A stretch of 64,000 nt of DNA, taken from positions 3,264,001 through 3,328,000 of the forward strand of contig OZ245015.1 in the NCBI GenBank assembly GCA_965223705.1. Reading direction: 5' to 3'. This document shows, one piece after another, positions 1 to 9,471 of the stretch; position 1 is the first letter of the stretch, and each line of letters begins with the position of its first letter. The notes beneath the pieces were generated by a model. That model did not search any database. It was given only the letters and a program-made list of their open reading frames with translations, and was not told the DNA's origin. The position numbers were made by a program, and so were the translations under genes. The DNA is from Myxococcota bacterium (GTDB lineage Bacteria; Myxococcota_A; UBA9160; UBA6930).

Positions 1-189
1 ATCGCCCATCACCCGGTCGATCCACGCTTCGATCGGAAAAACGACCGTCTTGCCGCCGAACACACCGAAAAGCTGAGCGGAGGTGTGAAAGGTGGAACGG
101 ATCTTCTCGTCATCCGGCCCGGCACATCCGTCGATGTACCGCTCGATGACTTCCAAGACCGCCGGGTAGTTCGACAGTTCTTCACGCAT
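1..189 (-). CDS. NTF2/SnoaL-like (lumazine-binding-like) protein, N-terminal part; runs off the window edge
   Basis: Manual translation from ATG at 189 gives MREELSNYPAVLEVIERYIDG...KIRSTFHTSAQLFG, typical of NTF2-like 'I..Y.dG....D...l...FH..A' proteins; AGGAGA RBS upstream; not in the ORF track. Confidence 0.7.
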   Translation of the reverse strand, partial: MREELSNYPAVLEVIERYIDGCAGPDDEKIRSTFHTSAQLFGVFGGKTVVFPIEAWIDRVMGD

Positions 190-206
190 GAGGTCTTTCT
201 CCTGCT

Positions 207-1007
207 CTAGTCTTGTCGCGCCAGGAATTCGCCAAAGCGCTCGTTGAAGGCTGCCGGATCTTCCAGGTGTGGCGCGTGGCCGAGCGCCTCAAACATCACG
301 ACTTCAGCATTCGGGATGCGCTCGGCCATGAACTCCGCACCGTCCGGCGGGCAGAAGGCGTCGTAGCGACCCTGGAAGATGGCTGTCGGAACGGGAATGC
401 TCGGCAGCAACGAGATCAAATCTTCCGCGATCAGCGCTTCCATCAGCTGGATCCCGACGTACGCCGGACACATCATCGAGTTCTGCCAGACCCAGTCGAG
501 CATCTGCATGCTCGGCAATTTGTGGAAGCATCGCTCCATCACGACGCGTCGATTCGCCGGCCGGTCGTTTTTCTCGCCCGCGATCACCGCGCGGACGTCC
601 GCTTCCGCGAGGCCGTAGGGGTACTCGGGGCTCGAGACGAAACGCGGTGACGTCGGTCCGACGAGGGCCAGTTGGCTGACATGTTCTCCGATCGTCGCGG
701 CGTACTTCGTCGAGATCCCGCCTCCTGTCGACCAGGCCGCGAGTGTCGCGTTTTCGACGTCGAGCGCCTCCATGACGCACTTGAGATCGCGACAATGGTC
801 GTCGAACGCGTACCCCGTGGCCGGCTTGTCCGAGTGGCCGTGGCCCCGCAAATTGATCGCAATCGTTCGGTAAGAGGAAGCGAACTCCGTGACCTGGGGC
901 TCCCAAAACACGTGGTTCGCGCTCCAGCCATGGACGAGCACCACCGGGCGCCCCTCCCCGACAGCTTCGTAGTAAATCTTTCCCGCGGCACCGTCTACGT
1001 AGGGCAT
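207..1007 (-). CDS. alpha/beta hydrolase (non-heme chloroperoxidase/arylesterase-like)
   Basis: HGW oxyanion motif, LRGHGHSD, nucleophile elbow AWSTGG, C-terminal GHAPHLE. Confidence 0.85.
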   Translation of the reverse strand: MPYVDGAAGKIYYEAVGEGRPVVLVHGWSANHVFWEPQVTEFASSYRTIAINLRGHGHSDKPATGYAFDDHCRDLKCVMEALDVENATLAAWSTGGGISTKYAATIGEHVSQLALVGPTSPRFVSSPEYPYGLAEADVRAVIAGEKNDRPANRRVVMERCFHKLPSMQMLDWVWQNSMMCPAYVGIQLMEALIAEDLISLLPSIPVPTAIFQGRYDAFCPPDGAEFMAERIPNAEVVMFEALGHAPHLEDPAAFNERFGEFLARQD

Positions 1008-1008
1008 G

Positions 1009-2190
1009 TCAGATCAAGAAGGTTCCCGGCCCGCGCCCCAGGGCGAAGCTTCCGAAGCTCGCTCCATTGTTGTCAAAGTCCGCGGCAGCGTGATGCGACG
1101 CCGTCCGCAAGCTCTCCACCAACCGTAGGATCGGCTCGCGCTCATAGACGGTATTCGCGCCGGAAGACTCGAACAGCCGTTCCGCCGCTCGCGCGCAGAG
1201 CTTCACCGCATAGGCGGCGCGCCACTTGACCGAAACGCGCTCTTCGTCGCTCGGCAAGACACCCTCGGCGAGCCAGCGTCTGTAATCGGCTTCGATGGCG
1301 CGCACGAAGTGCCTCGCAGACTCGATTTCGGCCCACGACTCGGCCACCCGCAACTGCATCGTCGGTTTGTCCGCCTTCGAGGCGCCGTCGTAGCGATCGC
1401 GTCTGCCCGCGGTTCGCTCGACGTGCGCTTCGTAGATCCGATCGGCCATCGCCAGGACCGGTCCCGTCAGGAGATACGTCAAGGAGGGCAGGATCGGATA
1501 GCGGTAGATCTCCGTCGCGTGCCGCGAAGCTGCTGGGGTCGCGCCGTCAAAGAGATCGCCGGTGGGGAGCGCGCGATGCGCCGGAACGAAGGTGTCGTTC
1601 ATCACGACATCTTTGCTGCCGGTGCCCCGAAGACCCATCACGTGCCACGTATCTTCGATCGCGTAGTCCGAGGCCGGCACCATCGCGTGGATGTGCTTCG
1701 GTGCGCCTTTCTCAGAATCCGTCTGACGGGCGCAGAACAGCCCCCAACGAGCGTGGTCGCAGCCGCTCGCGAATTGCCACTGGCCGCTCAGGCGGAAACC
1801 GCCGTCCACGGGCGTCGCCTTCCCCTGCGCGGCGAGGGTCCCGGGAATCAGCGTGTCCGGGTCGTCCTCGAAAATTTCGTCCTGGACCTCTTCGGGATAC
1901 ATGCCCATCACCCACGTGTGTGCCCCCGTCACGGTGTAGACCCAGGACGCCGCCGTACAGCCCGCCCCGAGCGCCTCCGAGACGGCGTGGAGCGTCGGAA
2001 GGCCGTGCTCATACCCACCGATTCGCCGGGGCTGGATCACCTTGAAGAGTCCCGCGTCGCGCATGGCTTCGATGCTTTTGGGATGAAGCGAGCGACGCTC
2101 GTCACTTTCGAGCTCGTAGCGACGGACTTCGTCGGCGACTTTCCGGGCGCGCGCGACGAGATCGTCGTGTGTCGGTATCGATTCTGTCAC
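1009..2190 (-). CDS. acyl-CoA dehydrogenase-fold flavin-dependent monooxygenase, oxygenase component (HsaA/HpaH C2-like)
   Basis: LSGQWQFASGCDHARW and DTWHVMGLRGTGSKD motifs; 393 aa; GTG start. Confidence 0.85.
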   Translation of the reverse strand: MTESIPTHDDLVARARKVADEVRRYELESDERRSLHPKSIEAMRDAGLFKVIQPRRIGGYEHGLPTLHAVSEALGAGCTAASWVYTVTGAHTWVMGMYPEEVQDEIFEDDPDTLIPGTLAAQGKATPVDGGFRLSGQWQFASGCDHARWGLFCARQTDSEKGAPKHIHAMVPASDYAIEDTWHVMGLRGTGSKDVVMNDTFVPAHRALPTGDLFDGATPAASRHATEIYRYPILPSLTYLLTGPVLAMADRIYEAHVERTAGRRDRYDGASKADKPTMQLRVAESWAEIESARHFVRAIEADYRRWLAEGVLPSDEERVSVKWRAAYAVKLCARAAERLFESSGANTVYEREPILRLVESLRTASHHAAADFDNNGASFGSFALGRGPGTFLI

Positions 2191-2211
2191 GGTCGGGTTC
2201 TCCCTCGACGC

Positions 2212-3477
2212 TCAGTGGCGCCATCGTTCGGTTGCACCGGCGCGCAACGTCGGCTCTCTCCGCTCGAGCTCAACGCCGATTTTCGGCAGAACGCGCTCCA
2301 CGAGCAGCTCGTTGCTCCGCAACAACCCGTCGATGGGGGCCGGGCCTTGGAAGATCCAGGGTACGAGCAGCTCGGTCTTTGTCAGTTCGAGCATCGCTTC
2401 GAGCTTCCGAGCGACGGTATCGATGGAGCCCGCCATCGAATAGCCGCGCTCGCGGACCGAAGCGGCGGTGTTCGGAATGGCGCCTTGCTCCCCGGGTCGC
2501 CTGAGGGCCTCGTTGAAACCGAACCAATCGTGCCAGCTCGTCCAGACGTAACCCAGCCCCTGATCCGAAATGTATTCGGCCTCTTCGTCCGTGTCGGCGA
2601 CGACGATCTCCCGGAAGTGTCCGACCCCGGCGCCCCACGGCACGTCGCGACCGGCTTCATTCGCCGCCTTGTGATAGCCGTCGAGCGCTCCGCGGACATA
2701 CTCCGGAATCGGCGTAAAGAGGATCGGCCGTGCGTCTTCGCGCGCGCACCATTCGATCGTCTCCGCACTCATCGTGAACGGCACCATGATCTCGATGGCG
2801 TCGGGATCCTGCAGGGTCTGGGGCGCAATTCCGATCTGTGTCACCTCACCACGAGCGTCGACCATCCCCTGGGCGAGCCTCCGCGTCGCCGGGTGATCCC
2901 ATGAAATTCCCTTCGGTGGAATATCCCAATGTTCGCCGTGATGGGAGAACAACGGCTCGCGCCAAGCGCGGCGGATGATATCGATGTTTTCTTGAAACAG
3001 TTCTCGGTTGATCCGATCGTGCTCCTGATATTCGGGGTCGTTCGGTGCTGTCGAGAACGCATTGTATTTCTGGCCGATCGTTCGTACATGGCGTGCTTGG
3101 TAGCCGCGCGCGAATCCGGCGAACATGCGCCCTTCCGAGAAGTGATCGAGCATCGCGAGGTCTTCCGCGACGAGAATCGGATTTCTCGCGGGCAACACCG
3201 TGCCCATTTGCCCGATCCGCAGCGTCTTCGTGAGACCCGCCGCCCAGGAACCGAGCAGAATCGGATTGTTCGAAACCTCGAGACCTTCGACGTGAAAGTG
3301 GTGCTCGGAAAAGGCGACGAAGTCGAAACCCAGTTCTTCGAGCTGGCGAATGAGTCGCGCCCCGTCGCGCAAACCGCGCTGGTAGAAATTCGGGTTTTGT
3401 CCCGCAAAACCCTTCTCGATCTCCTCCGGCGGCGCCGTCACGCTGGGGAGGAGAAAGCCGCCCATCCGAAGTTTCAT
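2212..3477 (-). CDS. LLM-class flavin-dependent oxidoreductase
   Basis: FSEHHFH, RNPILVAEDLAMLDHFSEGR, ARGYQ; start re-picked at MKLRMGG (ATG 3477) so that it does not overlap the upstream LLM. Confidence 0.85.
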   Translation of the reverse strand: MKLRMGGFLLPSVTAPPEEIEKGFAGQNPNFYQRGLRDGARLIRQLEELGFDFVAFSEHHFHVEGLEVSNNPILLGSWAAGLTKTLRIGQMGTVLPARNPILVAEDLAMLDHFSEGRMFAGFARGYQARHVRTIGQKYNAFSTAPNDPEYQEHDRINRELFQENIDIIRRAWREPLFSHHGEHWDIPPKGISWDHPATRRLAQGMVDARGEVTQIGIAPQTLQDPDAIEIMVPFTMSAETIEWCAREDARPILFTPIPEYVRGALDGYHKAANEAGRDVPWGAGVGHFREIVVADTDEEAEYISDQGLGYVWTSWHDWFGFNEALRRPGEQGAIPNTAASVRERGYSMAGSIDTVARKLEAMLELTKTELLVPWIFQGPAPIDGLLRSNELLVERVLPKIGVELERREPTLRAGATERWRH

Positions 3478-3491
3478 CCGCTGCTCCGTTT

Positions 3492-4637
3492 CTATTTGCG
3501 AAGGCCGGCCTCGCGCATCAAGGGCATGACGCGTTCGCCGAAGTATTTCATTTCTTCGTGGTAGTCGAGCCAGGATAGCGCCAACCCATCGAGCCCGAGT
3601 CGATGAAGTGAGAGGAGCTGGTCCACCACCTGCTCCGGGGTGCCGATCAAATGGTAGCCGCCCCACCCCGCGACGAAGCGCGAAGCCAGCGTTCGGATGC
3701 TTTCGGCGTCGCCAAACGAACCGCTCTCCACGCCGAGCAGCGCCATGATGTTGTCCGCACCTTCCCAATCTCCTTGGTCGAGGATGCGGCGGCAGAGTTC
3801 CTGGGCTTCGGCTTCGGTATCGCGACACATGACGAGACCCATACTCAAGGTGCCGATCTCTCGGCCGTGCTCGTGCGCCCTCGCCTTCACGTCTCGGATG
3901 TTGCTCGCCGTCTCCTCGTGGCTCGTAATCCCAATAAAGTTGAAGTCCACGTGCTTGGCAGAAAATTCGCGGCCCGCGTCCGAAACGCCGGCGTTGACGA
4001 GGACCGGATGAGGTTGTTGGATAGGCTTCGGCAACAGGAAGCCGCCGCGAATCTCGAAATACTCGCCTGCGTGATCGAAATCCTGCTCCGTCCAGGTGCG
4101 TTTCATGACGGTGAGCCAGTCGTCGGCAACGCGATAGCGTTCGTCATGCTCTCGCATCTCCACTCCGAACATCTCCATCTCGGGGCGAAACCATCCGCAG
4201 ACGATGTTCAGACCGAAGCGCCCCCCGGAGATGTTGTCGATGCTCGAGCACTGTTTCGCGGCGAGAAGCGGATGCACCGTTGGGACGTGGGACGTCGCGA
4301 ACACCATGATGTTCTCGGTGTTGCAGGCCATCGCCGTGGCCCAGGTGTAGACCTCGAGGTTGTTCTCGTTGAAACGCGTCGAACCGCCGAAATGCTTCCA
4401 ACGCCCGACCGGAATCAGCATCTCCATCCCGAGCCGGTCCGCCAGTTGGCTGATCTTCACGTTGTGCTCGTAGGTGGGTTCGAAGGTCGTTTCCGCGTGG
4501 GTCATCGTGCAGCCGTTGCTGCAGTTCTGACCGAAGGTGCCGAGCTTGAACGGCTGGTCGTTGAAGATCGGGACGTTTTCGCGGCGCCAGTTCCGGATAT
4601 CGTCGGGGTGGGCGTCTGCGTTCGGCGCTTCGGACAA
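3492..4637 (-). CDS. LLM-class FMNH2-dependent monooxygenase (SsuD/SfnG/RutA-like)
   Basis: PVGRWKHFGG, HPLLAAKQ..IDNISGGRFGLNIVCGW, PKPIQQPHP; TTG start at 4637 with GAGGAG RBS. Confidence 0.85.
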   Translation of the reverse strand: MSEAPNADAHPDDIRNWRRENVPIFNDQPFKLGTFGQNCSNGCTMTHAETTFEPTYEHNVKISQLADRLGMEMLIPVGRWKHFGGSTRFNENNLEVYTWATAMACNTENIMVFATSHVPTVHPLLAAKQCSSIDNISGGRFGLNIVCGWFRPEMEMFGVEMREHDERYRVADDWLTVMKRTWTEQDFDHAGEYFEIRGGFLLPKPIQQPHPVLVNAGVSDAGREFSAKHVDFNFIGITSHEETASNIRDVKARAHEHGREIGTLSMGLVMCRDTEAEAQELCRRILDQGDWEGADNIMALLGVESGSFGDAESIRTLASRFVAGWGGYHLIGTPEQVVDQLLSLHRLGLDGLALSWLDYHEEMKYFGERVMPLMREAGLRK

Positions 4638-4740
4638 TGCGGGGCTCCTCGTCGACCAACAGTTTAGGCGCTCTTCCGCGTCGCTGGAACTACTTGAAAC
4701 TGCGTGGCTTTCCGTGTTTTCATCGACCGAGGAGGCAACC

Positions 4741-5970
4741 GTGACAACCCGTGAATCCAACAAAGACCTGGCCCTTTCCGACCTGCGCATTCTCGATCTC
4801 ACCCGGGCGGTGGCCGGACCGACCTGCACCCGCATGCTGGTCGAGATGGGCGCAGAAGTCCTCAAGGTCGAGCCCACACCGGGGGGCGATCTCGCGCGGT
4901 CGATCTCCGTGTTTCGCAACAACCGAAGCCTCTACTTCATGCAACAAAACCGCGGGAAGAAGGGGCTCTGCATCAACCTGAAGGATCCGCGAGGCATCGC
5001 GCTCGTTGCGGAGCTCGTTCCGACGGTCGATGCCGTCGTCGAGAATTTTCGACCGGGCGTGATGGATGCCATCGGACTCGGCTACGACCGGCTTCGCGAG
5101 TTGAAGGAAGACATCATCCTGTGTTCGATCTCGACATTCGGACAGAGCGGACCGTTGTCGGCGACGCCGGGTTACGACTTCATCGCGCAGGCCTACTCGG
5201 GCATCACGTCCATGGTGGGCGAGCCGGATGAGACGCCGGCGCTCACCGGCGCGGCGATCGGCGACGCGAGCACCGGGGTCCACGGGGCCCTGGCGATCCT
5301 CGCCGCCCTCCGACGCCGCGATCGAACAGGTCGGGGCGACCATCTCGACGTATCGATTCTCGACACGTACTACAGCTATCACGATGCCAATGTGCACGCC
5401 TACAGCGGCTCGGAAGGCGAACTCGTTCCGACGCGGCAGGGCTCGCATTTCGGGCCCATCGCTCCCTGCGGCATCTTCAAAGGCCAGGGCGGCTACGTCG
5501 TCATCATGGCGTTTCTCCATCACTGGCCGGATTTCTGTCGCGCGATGGACCGGGAAGACCTGATCGAGCACCCGGACTTCCGAGACGACAGCGTTCGCGT
5601 ACCTCGGAGGCCACAACTCACGGCGCTCATCGAAGAGTGGCTTCAGGGCTTTGCCGACATCAAGAGCGCGGTCGAGCGCATGAAAGCTTTCGACGTGCCG
5701 TGCGCACCGGTGCTGTCCGTCGCCGAAACGACGCAGAACCCGCACATGCGTGCTCGCGGCACGGTGCGAACCGTCGACGACCCGCTCCACGGCAAGGTCG
5801 ACATCCCCGGAATGCCGATCAAGTGGAAAGACCACCCGAGCAACATCCCGCTCACGGCCCCAACGCTGGGCCAGCACAACGCGGAAGTCCTCGGCGAGCA
5901 ACTGGGTCGAACACCGGAAGAACTGGACGAGCTTCGCCGGGAAGGCATCCTGCTCGAGAAGAACATCTGA
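4741..5970 (+). CDS. CaiB/BaiF family (class III) CoA transferase
   Basis: LRILDLTRAVAGP, NRGKK, VENFRPG, GYDFIAQA, APTLGQHN; GTG start after GGAGG. Confidence 0.92.
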   Translation: MTTRESNKDLALSDLRILDLTRAVAGPTCTRMLVEMGAEVLKVEPTPGGDLARSISVFRNNRSLYFMQQNRGKKGLCINLKDPRGIALVAELVPTVDAVVENFRPGVMDAIGLGYDRLRELKEDIILCSISTFGQSGPLSATPGYDFIAQAYSGITSMVGEPDETPALTGAAIGDASTGVHGALAILAALRRRDRTGRGDHLDVSILDTYYSYHDANVHAYSGSEGELVPTRQGSHFGPIAPCGIFKGQGGYVVIMAFLHHWPDFCRAMDREDLIEHPDFRDDSVRVPRRPQLTALIEEWLQGFADIKSAVERMKAFDVPCAPVLSVAETTQNPHMRARGTVRTVDDPLHGKVDIPGMPIKWKDHPSNIPLTAPTLGQHNAEVLGEQLGRTPEELDELRREGILLEKNI

Positions 5971-5983
5971 ACCGCGGTGTCGG

Positions 5984-6268
5984 CTACGACGCGTCTGGGT
6001 AGTCTCGCGCGAGGACGATATTCGCCGTTTGGGTTTCGGTATCGAAGACGATTACGGCGTCGCCCGAGTCGAGAAGGCGCAGGACGTCGGTGATTTTTTC
6101 GTCGAGGCTGCGCTCGACCCGCCCGTAGTCCGTCCCGTCCCGAGTGACGAATTCTTCCACCAGAGCACGCACCGTGTCCGCGGCAAGCGCATCGCGGGGA
6201 ATCGGCAATGTCTTCGGTTCGTCGGCCACCGACAAAGGGTAGGAGAGTTCCGGACGCGGTAAAGTCAA
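5984..6268 (-). CDS. yheU: YheU (UPF0270) family protein
   Basis: LVEEFVTRDGTDYG..ERSLDEK...L.SG.AVIVFD signature; the true start may be GTG at 6229. Confidence 0.8.
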   Translation of the reverse strand: MTLPRPELSYPLSVADEPKTLPIPRDALAADTVRALVEEFVTRDGTDYGRVERSLDEKITDVLRLLDSGDAVIVFDTETQTANIVLARDYPDAS

Positions 6269-6282
6269 CCGCGGGAGGTCCT

Positions 6283-6948
6283 ATGCTCAATTACGGACTG
6301 CAAGGCGATGTTGCGCTCGTCACACTCGACGACGGCAAAGCGAACGCCGTCGGTCACGCGTTTATCGAGGCTGTCAACGAGGGACTCGATCGCTCGCAGA
6401 AAGACGCGAAGGCCTGCGTGCTGACGGGTCGCCCCGGCGTATTCTCCGCCGGTTTCGATCTGAAAGAGTTCGAAAAGGGCGAGGAGGCCACCATCGCGCT
6501 GGTCGAAAAAGGTGCGGCGATGTTGTTGCGGATCTTCAGCCACCCGCAGCCCGTGGTCGCCGCCTGCACGGGACACGCCATCGCGGCCGGCGCGTTTACG
6601 CTCCTCGCGGCCGATACGCGAATCGGCGCCGAGGGCGCCTTCAAGATCGGGCTCAACGAAACCGCCATCGGGATGACCCTGCCCGTGTTCGGCCTCGAGC
6701 TGGCGAAATCCCGGCTCTCGAAGCGCGCCCAGACCGCTGCGGTCGTTCAAGCCACTCTCTATGACCCGCCCGCGGCGCGCGACGTCGGGTTCTTCGATGA
6801 AGTCGTCGCCCCGGACGCGGTCCTCGACACGGCGCTCGCTCACGCTGCGACCCTTGCGGAACACCCGCCCCAGGCCTACGCGGGGAATAAACTCGGGATC
6901 CGAGCCGAGAGCATCGCGGCCATTCAGGCGAGCTTGTCGACTTCCTAA
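6283..6948 (+). CDS. crotonase/enoyl-CoA hydratase-isomerase family protein
   Basis: LDDGKANA, FSAGFDL, GHAIAAGA, IGLNETAIG; ATG 6283 after GGAGG. Confidence 0.9.
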   Translation: MLNYGLQGDVALVTLDDGKANAVGHAFIEAVNEGLDRSQKDAKACVLTGRPGVFSAGFDLKEFEKGEEATIALVEKGAAMLLRIFSHPQPVVAACTGHAIAAGAFTLLAADTRIGAEGAFKIGLNETAIGMTLPVFGLELAKSRLSKRAQTAAVVQATLYDPPAARDVGFFDEVVAPDAVLDTALAHAATLAEHPPQAYAGNKLGIRAESIAAIQASLSTS

Positions 6949-7001
6949 AGCCAGAAGCTGGTAGACTGGCCTCGTTCCGCTGGGACTAGGAGGAGAACTA
7001 G

Positions 7002-7877
7002 ATGAGTGCACTGAAATGGAAAGTCGGCGACACCACGATCACGAAGCTCGAGGAAATCGTCTATCCCGAGTTCGCGGATGTCATTCCCGCAGCGACGCCT
7101 GAGCTCGTCAAGCAAGTCAAGTGGCTATTCCCGCATTTCGTGACGCCGGAAGGCGTATTGAGCCTCAGCATCCACTCTCTCATCGTCGAGACGCCGAGTG
7201 CCAAGCTCATCGTGGATACCTGCATCGGCAACGACCGCGATCGAAACCCGTTCGAGGTGATGCACATGTTGTCGACGAGTTATCTCGAAGACATGAAGGC
7301 TCTGGGTTACCAGCCCGAGGGCATCGACTACGTGCTGTGCACCCACCTGCATCTCGATCACGTCGGATGGAACACCCGGCTCGAAGGCGATAAGTGGGTA
7401 CCGACCTTCCCGAACGCGTCCTACCTGATGGGCAAGCAAGATCTCGATTTCTGGGGATCCGTCGATCCGAATCACGAAGAGGAGTTCTTCCAGATTCAGG
7501 CGAGGGTCTTCCAGGACTCGCTGCAACCGGTCCTCGACGCGGGCCTCGCCAAGCCGATCGAGGGCCCCGCGCCGGTGTGCGAAGGGGTCCGGCTCATCCC
7601 GACGCCGGGCCACACCCCCGGGCACTGCTCGGTCCTCATCGAATCGGCTGGCGAGTCGGCGATGATCACCGGCGACTTCATCCACCACCCGGTGCAGTTC
7701 CACGATCCCGGGCTGTGCAGCCCCTTCGACGTCGACAACGACGCCGCGGTTGCGACGCGGCGTCGCGTGTTCGCGGAATACGCGGATTCTCCGACGCTGA
7801 TCATCGGGACGCATTTCGCCGGCCCGACAGCCGGCAAGCTCGTGAAAGACGGCGACGCGTACCGCCTCGACGTCTAG
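7002..7877 (+). CDS. MBL-fold metallo-hydrolase
   Basis: THLHLDHVGWN, TPGHTPGH, GD..HHP, GTHF metal ligands; AGGAG RBS. Confidence 0.92.
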   Translation: MSALKWKVGDTTITKLEEIVYPEFADVIPAATPELVKQVKWLFPHFVTPEGVLSLSIHSLIVETPSAKLIVDTCIGNDRDRNPFEVMHMLSTSYLEDMKALGYQPEGIDYVLCTHLHLDHVGWNTRLEGDKWVPTFPNASYLMGKQDLDFWGSVDPNHEEEFFQIQARVFQDSLQPVLDAGLAKPIEGPAPVCEGVRLIPTPGHTPGHCSVLIESAGESAMITGDFIHHPVQFHDPGLCSPFDVDNDAAVATRRRVFAEYADSPTLIIGTHFAGPTAGKLVKDGDAYRLDV

Positions 7878-7916
7878 ACCGCACAGACGCCTGGCCCGGC
7901 GCGATCATCCGCCGGG

Positions 7917-8810
7917 CTAGGCGATCTCAATCTCGATCTGATCGATTACCGTCTTGTCCCCTTCGCCGCCGTCGGTCCGCGACGCGGCCGGTACGACCAA
8001 TCGGCCGAGGAGACGACTCTCCGCGTCCTTCCAGAGCCGCGTTTCCGTCGGCTCCGGCGGAAAATGGGGCGCGGGCATCGCCCCCACCGTGATCGACTGA
8101 ATCCGGGAAACGTCACCCTTGACCACCTCGCGAGCCGCGTCCTGCATCACGAGCGCCATGTTCCGAGGCCCATGGGTCAGCGGGGCGGGGTTCGGTTCCT
8201 GGACGACAAAGTGGGTCCGGTTCCAGTCGCCCGAGGGGACGGCCCAGTCGAAGGTGATGTTCTTGGCGGTGGGGCGAGCCACGGTGATATCCGCCGCGCG
8301 GTCCGGGATGGCGATACGCGGCGGCGAAAGCTTGCCGGCGTCCGGAGAGCCACAGCCCAGGAGGAAGAGCAGCATCCAGCCGTCCATGAGGCGCGTCCCC
8401 GTCGCGCTGTCCTCGATGTCAAAGTTGAAGCGGACCAGTGCGTGGCCCTTCGAAGTAGCCCCGACTTCCGAAAAACCGCTGTTGACCCGGGCACTTCCCT
8501 CGGGCGGGATGGGGGCCGCGGTCGCTACCCGACCCGAGCCCCAGCGCCCGACTTGCTGCCAGACGTCATACCCGCCGATCAGCCGATCCATGACCTCGGC
8601 GCGATTGCGCGCTGCGAGCGCCCCGTTGAAGAGCACCATCGGATGTCCGGTCGGCTGGGGGTCTCGAAGCATCCACGGACGATCTCGCTCATCGTCGATC
8701 GATGAGCCCGCCGCCCGGGCGATGAGCTGGGTGGTTTCCCAGGTCCAAGAGAACTCGTGTGAACTGAATGTGGCCCCAGCGACGCCGGGATCGACTGTGT
8801 GATTCGCCAT
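7917..8810 (-). CDS. double hot-dog (MaoC/hydratase-2-like) dehydratase
   Basis: SGDWNRTH...THG resembles the hydratase-2 motif SGDxNPxH..HG; about 297 aa, consistent with two hot-dog domains. Confidence 0.6.
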   Translation of the reverse strand: MANHTVDPGVAGATFSSHEFSWTWETTQLIARAAGSSIDDERDRPWMLRDPQPTGHPMVLFNGALAARNRAEVMDRLIGGYDVWQQVGRWGSGRVATAAPIPPEGSARVNSGFSEVGATSKGHALVRFNFDIEDSATGTRLMDGWMLLFLLGCGSPDAGKLSPPRIAIPDRAADITVARPTAKNITFDWAVPSGDWNRTHFVVQEPNPAPLTHGPRNMALVMQDAAREVVKGDVSRIQSITVGAMPAPHFPPEPTETRLWKDAESRLLGRLVVPAASRTDGGEGDKTVIDQIEIEIA

Positions 8811-8947
8811 GGCTCGAACCATACCGCGACCCGTCGAATGTCGGCACCGACCGAGGCCGGGGGCTCGCTGGGCGCTCGACGCCCGCCGGGTTAGTTGTTA
8901 CCACCCCGGCTCGCTGCGCGAGATGCGGGCGAACTCGGGGGACGACC

Positions 8948-9244
8948 ATGGATGACGAGACTCCGTCTCAGGTCGAAGAAGCGAATCCGTTTGCGCAGAC
9001 CGTGGCGAAAGTGCTGGCCGAAGCGCTGGCCGCCCTGCGCAAGAACGGCACGATTGAAGTCCTCGATGACAACCTCGAGCCGCTGACCCGGGAGGTCGTG
9101 GAATCGGTTCTGGAATCGAGCTCGACAAAGAAGATTCCACTACGCATCACGAAGACGTTGATCCACAGCGAGTACGTGGAAGAGGTGTACGGAACGGATG
9201 CGGAAATCGGGGAAGCGCTCCGCCCGTTCCTCGACGCGATTTAG
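8948..9244 (+). CDS. hypothetical protein (98 aa, acidic)
   Basis: Protein-like composition from MDDETPSQ to the stop; GGGGA RBS-like sequence upstream. Confidence 0.65.
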   Translation: MDDETPSQVEEANPFAQTVAKVLAEALAALRKNGTIEVLDDNLEPLTREVVESVLESSSTKKIPLRITKTLIHSEYVEEVYGTDAEIGEALRPFLDAI

Positions 9245-9471
9245 CGGCTCCCGAGGCGGAGCTTCCGCTCTGCGAAGCGGAGCGGCACGGCGAACAGCCA
9301 CCGGGCCCCACAGCCCCGCCCGAGGTGCCCAGAGGCCCGCTCGAGCGCGCGTTCATCGAGGCGCTGCAACCGCGTTCGGCGGTAATGCAGCAGCCACCGG
9401 CGCCACGCCCAATTCATAGGCAAGGCGTAGCGGACGGCTCAATCACCGTCGTCGGGTAAATCCACTACAGG

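Noticed and set aside
9241..9423. 60-aa Arg-rich minus-strand ORF in the gap after the monooxygenase
   Set aside because: No recognisable motif or convincing RBS; it could be a real small protein but is unsupported
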